In this document: positions 57,855 to 60,497 of the stretch, in pieces
Layout: the number at the start of each line of letters is the position of its first letter
Position numbering within the stretch: position 1 is the first letter of the stretch
Origin: Salinivirgaceae bacterium
GTDB taxonomy: Bacteria; Bacteroidota; Bacteroidia; Bacteroidales; SZUA-534
Direction of reading: 5' to 3'
DNA: 60,497 nucleotides
NCBI GenBank assembly: GCA_016342715.1
Contig: JAEINW010000005.1
Coordinates: 1-60,497 of the forward strand
Program-made: the position numbers and the translations under genes
Notes under the pieces: model-generated
What the model saw: only the letters and a program-made list of their open reading frames with translations
Told to the model about the DNA's origin: nothing
Databases searched by the model: none

Positions 57855-58000
57855 TTCTTTTCTACTTTCTTGTGGATTCTCTTCAATCAGGCTTTGAAGT
57901 TTTTTGAAGTATGCGTCTTGAATTCACCTAATAATTTACTTGGGTTATTATTAAAATCTTTAAATATTAAGTGAACATGATTTGGTAAAATACAATAGGC

Positions 58001-58181
58001 CCCAGCTCCCGCACTAATGACTGATTAAAAAAACGAAGCTCGTGCGCGTGTCCTCACGCGTTCGTTGTAAACAAAAGAAATTAAAATAAGATATAAGCCT
58101 AGCAAAAATGTTAGGCTTTTTTTTAATAAAGTTAGCCGTTTAGTTATTAATGTGACCACACGAGAGGACTCGTGCGGCAGC
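58001..58181. repeat. 181-bp REPIN-like element, copy 2
   Basis: Direct repeat of 56877-57057; abuts and replaces the 5' part of the transposase. Confidence 0.9.
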
Positions 58182-58233
58182 GGGGGGTAAAGTTAAACAA
58201 TTGAGAATTTAAAAGTCCCAGTAAAAATTATCT

Positions 58234-59568
58234 TCAATGTTTTTTTATTTTATTTATTGTCTGTATAATTAACCATAAATTATTATAATCAACTTCATCA
58301 AATCTATCCCATACTTCTTTTGTTTTATTTTCTTGAGAATAATAAAAGTTATAATAATTAAAATAAATCCTTAAACCGAAATCATCAAAATCATAACCAT
58401 GCTTAGCAAAAATCATATTAGCTAATAATTTCAATTCGTAAGTTGTTAAACTTACCATATCATTAGCAAGCAACAATTTATTTGAAAATAATTTAAAATA
58501 TAAAAGCTCTAGCTCTGAATTTGGCTTATAAGCATACTTATAAAACTTATCGTTTAGTTTTACTTTAAAATAAATATTCTGAGTTTTTTTATTGCTTTCA
58601 TCATACCCAATTAACTTATATTTATTTTTACTTGAAGGAGCTAGTATTTCTTTGAATATCGTTGTATTTGCTATTTCCAATTTATCTTTATCAACAACAC
58701 AAGAAAACCTACTGTCTGCCAGTTTCTTTAAGGTATGTATAAACAACTTAGAATCATCTATACTAGAATGCATATAAAAAAAATTATACTCCAAGTTATT
58801 TACTCCTTTAAAGTTATATGTAATATCTTCTAGCTTATTCTTTTCAATATCATATAGGAAATAACTAAGGCTAGAATAGCCCCCTGCCCATTCTCCAAAT
58901 TCTAATATGTATTTATCTTCAAATAATCTATACCCTGACACAAATTCCTGTTCTGAATCTAACATATCTGACATTTGAAACAGAATATTAGTTTCATTTT
59001 TAGATAAATTAACTGATGAAATTGATTTATCCTTTTCGTTGAAATAATAAAAAATTGTATCTGCGTAGTAAAAAATACCATAAATAACATCTACAGGTGA
59101 CTTACTAACTTTACCCTTTAAAACTAGAGAATCTGATAGTTGATAAAAATAAGTAGAATCTTTACTTCCACTACAGAAAAATAAATTTCTATTATCAATA
59201 TACAATTTGTAAACACCCCCTTTAACAAGTTCTGGCTCCAAAGCATCAAGAATTACGTAATCAATAAATCTATTTGAATTCTCAATATTCTGTTTGAAGA
59301 CTTTTAAAGAAACAGAATCAATATGATACAAAAAACGAACGTTTTCATTAATTTCATCAACATTAATACCTATGCTAAAATCAAAAGATTTAATAAGGAA
59401 AGTGTCTATTAATTGCTTTTCTTCTGACTTTAATTCAATATCTACAACCGTATCACTTAGAATAATAAACTCCTTATTAGGAGCGACCTCTTTCGTTTTA
59501 GTTTGTTTAATAGAACATTCACAAAATAATAATGCCACTATAATAAAAAATAAATATCTTGTTTGCAT
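58234..59568 (-). CDS. Exported/lipoprotein with C-terminal YARHG domain; candidate immunity protein
   Basis: N-terminal signal with Cys; ELKLLANMIFAKHGYDF...YF...FY YARHG-like motif; starts 2 nt after the upstream toxin-like ORF. Confidence 0.7.
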   Translation of the reverse strand: MQTRYLFFIIVALLFCECSIKQTKTKEVAPNKEFIILSDTVVDIELKSEEKQLIDTFLIKSFDFSIGINVDEINENVRFLYHIDSVSLKVFKQNIENSNRFIDYVILDALEPELVKGGVYKLYIDNRNLFFCSGSKDSTYFYQLSDSLVLKGKVSKSPVDVIYGIFYYADTIFYYFNEKDKSISSVNLSKNETNILFQMSDMLDSEQEFVSGYRLFEDKYILEFGEWAGGYSSLSYFLYDIEKNKLEDITYNFKGVNNLEYNFFYMHSSIDDSKLFIHTLKKLADSRFSCVVDKDKLEIANTTIFKEILAPSSKNKYKLIGYDESNKKTQNIYFKVKLNDKFYKYAYKPNSELELLYFKLFSNKLLLANDMVSLTTYELKLLANMIFAKHGYDFDDFGLRIYFNYYNFYYSQENKTKEVWDRFDEVDYNNLWLIIQTINKIKKH

Positions 59569-59570
59569 CT

Positions 59571-60422
59571 TTATCTTAATTTTAATTCTGGTTCATTCAT
59601 TGGTTTATTTGGAATTTGACTTATTTCTTTAGGGGTCATTTTTTTAAGCGGGTTAGCTTTATACTCTAGTCTTTCTGATAAAGTTGGGAAAGATTCTATA
59701 AGAACAAAAGCTTGTAAATTTTTAATTTTTGCATCGGAATAAACGCCTCCTTCTCCCAATAATGGGAACTTGCCTACTTTAAGTCCTGCTTGTACAACGT
59801 TTCCAAAATTATATTCCATCTCATTCACCTCGATTGTTGATAGTTCATCAGTCGAAAGACCTGTAGTAATATGACCACTTGAACTGCTACCGGAATTCCA
59901 GGAATAATAAACCATTCCTCCTGCATTTACATAATTCCAAGATTCATTTAAAGAAACTTCATGAAATACGTCTGGATAACTATTCATTATTTCATTCATT
60001 GCATTCGCATTAACCCTATAATCAACCCCAGTTGATAATTGTTTATTCCCATCTTTATTTGTAAATAACTTATCTTCCCATGGATTACCGTATCCCATGC
60101 TATCAGTTAAATCATATCCAAATTGATTACACCAAGTTACACTTTTACCACTCTTTAGTTCATATGTTTCCTTTCTTACTGTTTCATCTAAAAAATCTCC
60201 TTTTGCAATATCAACTCTAATTTTTCCCCACATGAAATCTGTCTTTGCATTTTTAATTGGGATATAAGCATGGTTCGGTTGATAATAATCTTTTTGTGCC
60301 AGGCTTGAACCTCTTGAAGCCAATAATTTATCTCTACCTAAAATATTTGGTTTAGATTTATTATAATCAAGTCCTCTAGGGGTCATTTTCGTTAATGGTG
60401 CCAAAGCCTCTTCCAACCCATC
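59571..60422 (-). pseudogene. Orphaned C-terminal domain of a probable RHS/polymorphic toxin, Cys/His amidase-like
   Basis: Begins DGLE right at the IS junction (resembles the RHS core-end DxDG motif); TWCNQF...ANAM...SGHI...QAG. Confidence 0.55.
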
Positions 60423-60497
60423 TGTAAATAGCAAATTTAAAATCACCAATTTTTCGCAATTGGTTTTCACCACTTTTTCGCAAATGCAAATCACCAC
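60423..60497. mobile_element. IS21-family-like terminal region (element runs off the window)
   Basis: Starts TGT; three repeats GCAA..N..TCACCA at 60431, 60456, 60480 with 24-25 bp period. Confidence 0.72.

Larger units (their letters stand above)
57554..58000 (-). pseudogene. REP-associated tyrosine transposase (RAYT, Y1 HUH family), 5'-truncated and disrupted
   Basis: AYCILPNHVHLI (HUH), NPQESRKE/WLLWMM, QFWQ, KLDYIHYNPV (catalytic Tyr), YSSA; 1-nt deletion in the run at 57900-57905 and two short insertions. Confidence 0.88.

Noticed and set aside
60423-60497. N-terminus MVICICEKVVKTNCEKLVILNLLFT of the 308-aa ORF
   Set aside because: Translation of the IS terminal repeats, not part of the original protein

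Overview
AT-rich Bacteroidota (Bacteroidales/Marinilabiliales-like) chromosomal segment, judged from TAnnTTTG promoters, T9SS genes, the nqr operon and the btuB-btuG layout. It is mostly housekeeping: hslR, a HigBA toxin-antitoxin pair, M14 carboxypeptidase, SpoIID, lpxB, surE, pheT, a macro-domain protein, a frameshifted gmhB, YqgE, an NhaC antiporter, a fused 2-oxoacid dehydrogenase E1, nqrABCDEF with apbE, and a B12 uptake/salvage locus with two cobalamin riboswitches (btuFCD, btuB-btuG, cobU-T-S-C-Q). Notable accessory signals: (1) a candidate sigma-54-driven ~135-nt sRNA at 2573-2706; (2) a giant FN3-repeat T9SS cargo gene followed by a tiny PID-CTERM-like protein and an exosortase, divergent from a wza-wzc pair, with a second wza-wzc pair nearby; (3) an unannotated NqrM-like small ORF; (4) a decayed REP-associated tyrosine transposase (RAYT) flanked by a 181-bp direct repeat and next to a 40/42-bp tandem array; (5) inside that transposase, two 25-29 nt insertions that share one architecture (AA-C-hairpin-CTCA-hairpin-T-AA); (6) an orphan RHS-type C-terminal Cys/His amidase-like domain with a YARHG partner, cut off by an IS21-like end at the window edge. 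All calls come from reading motifs by eye; no database searches were run.
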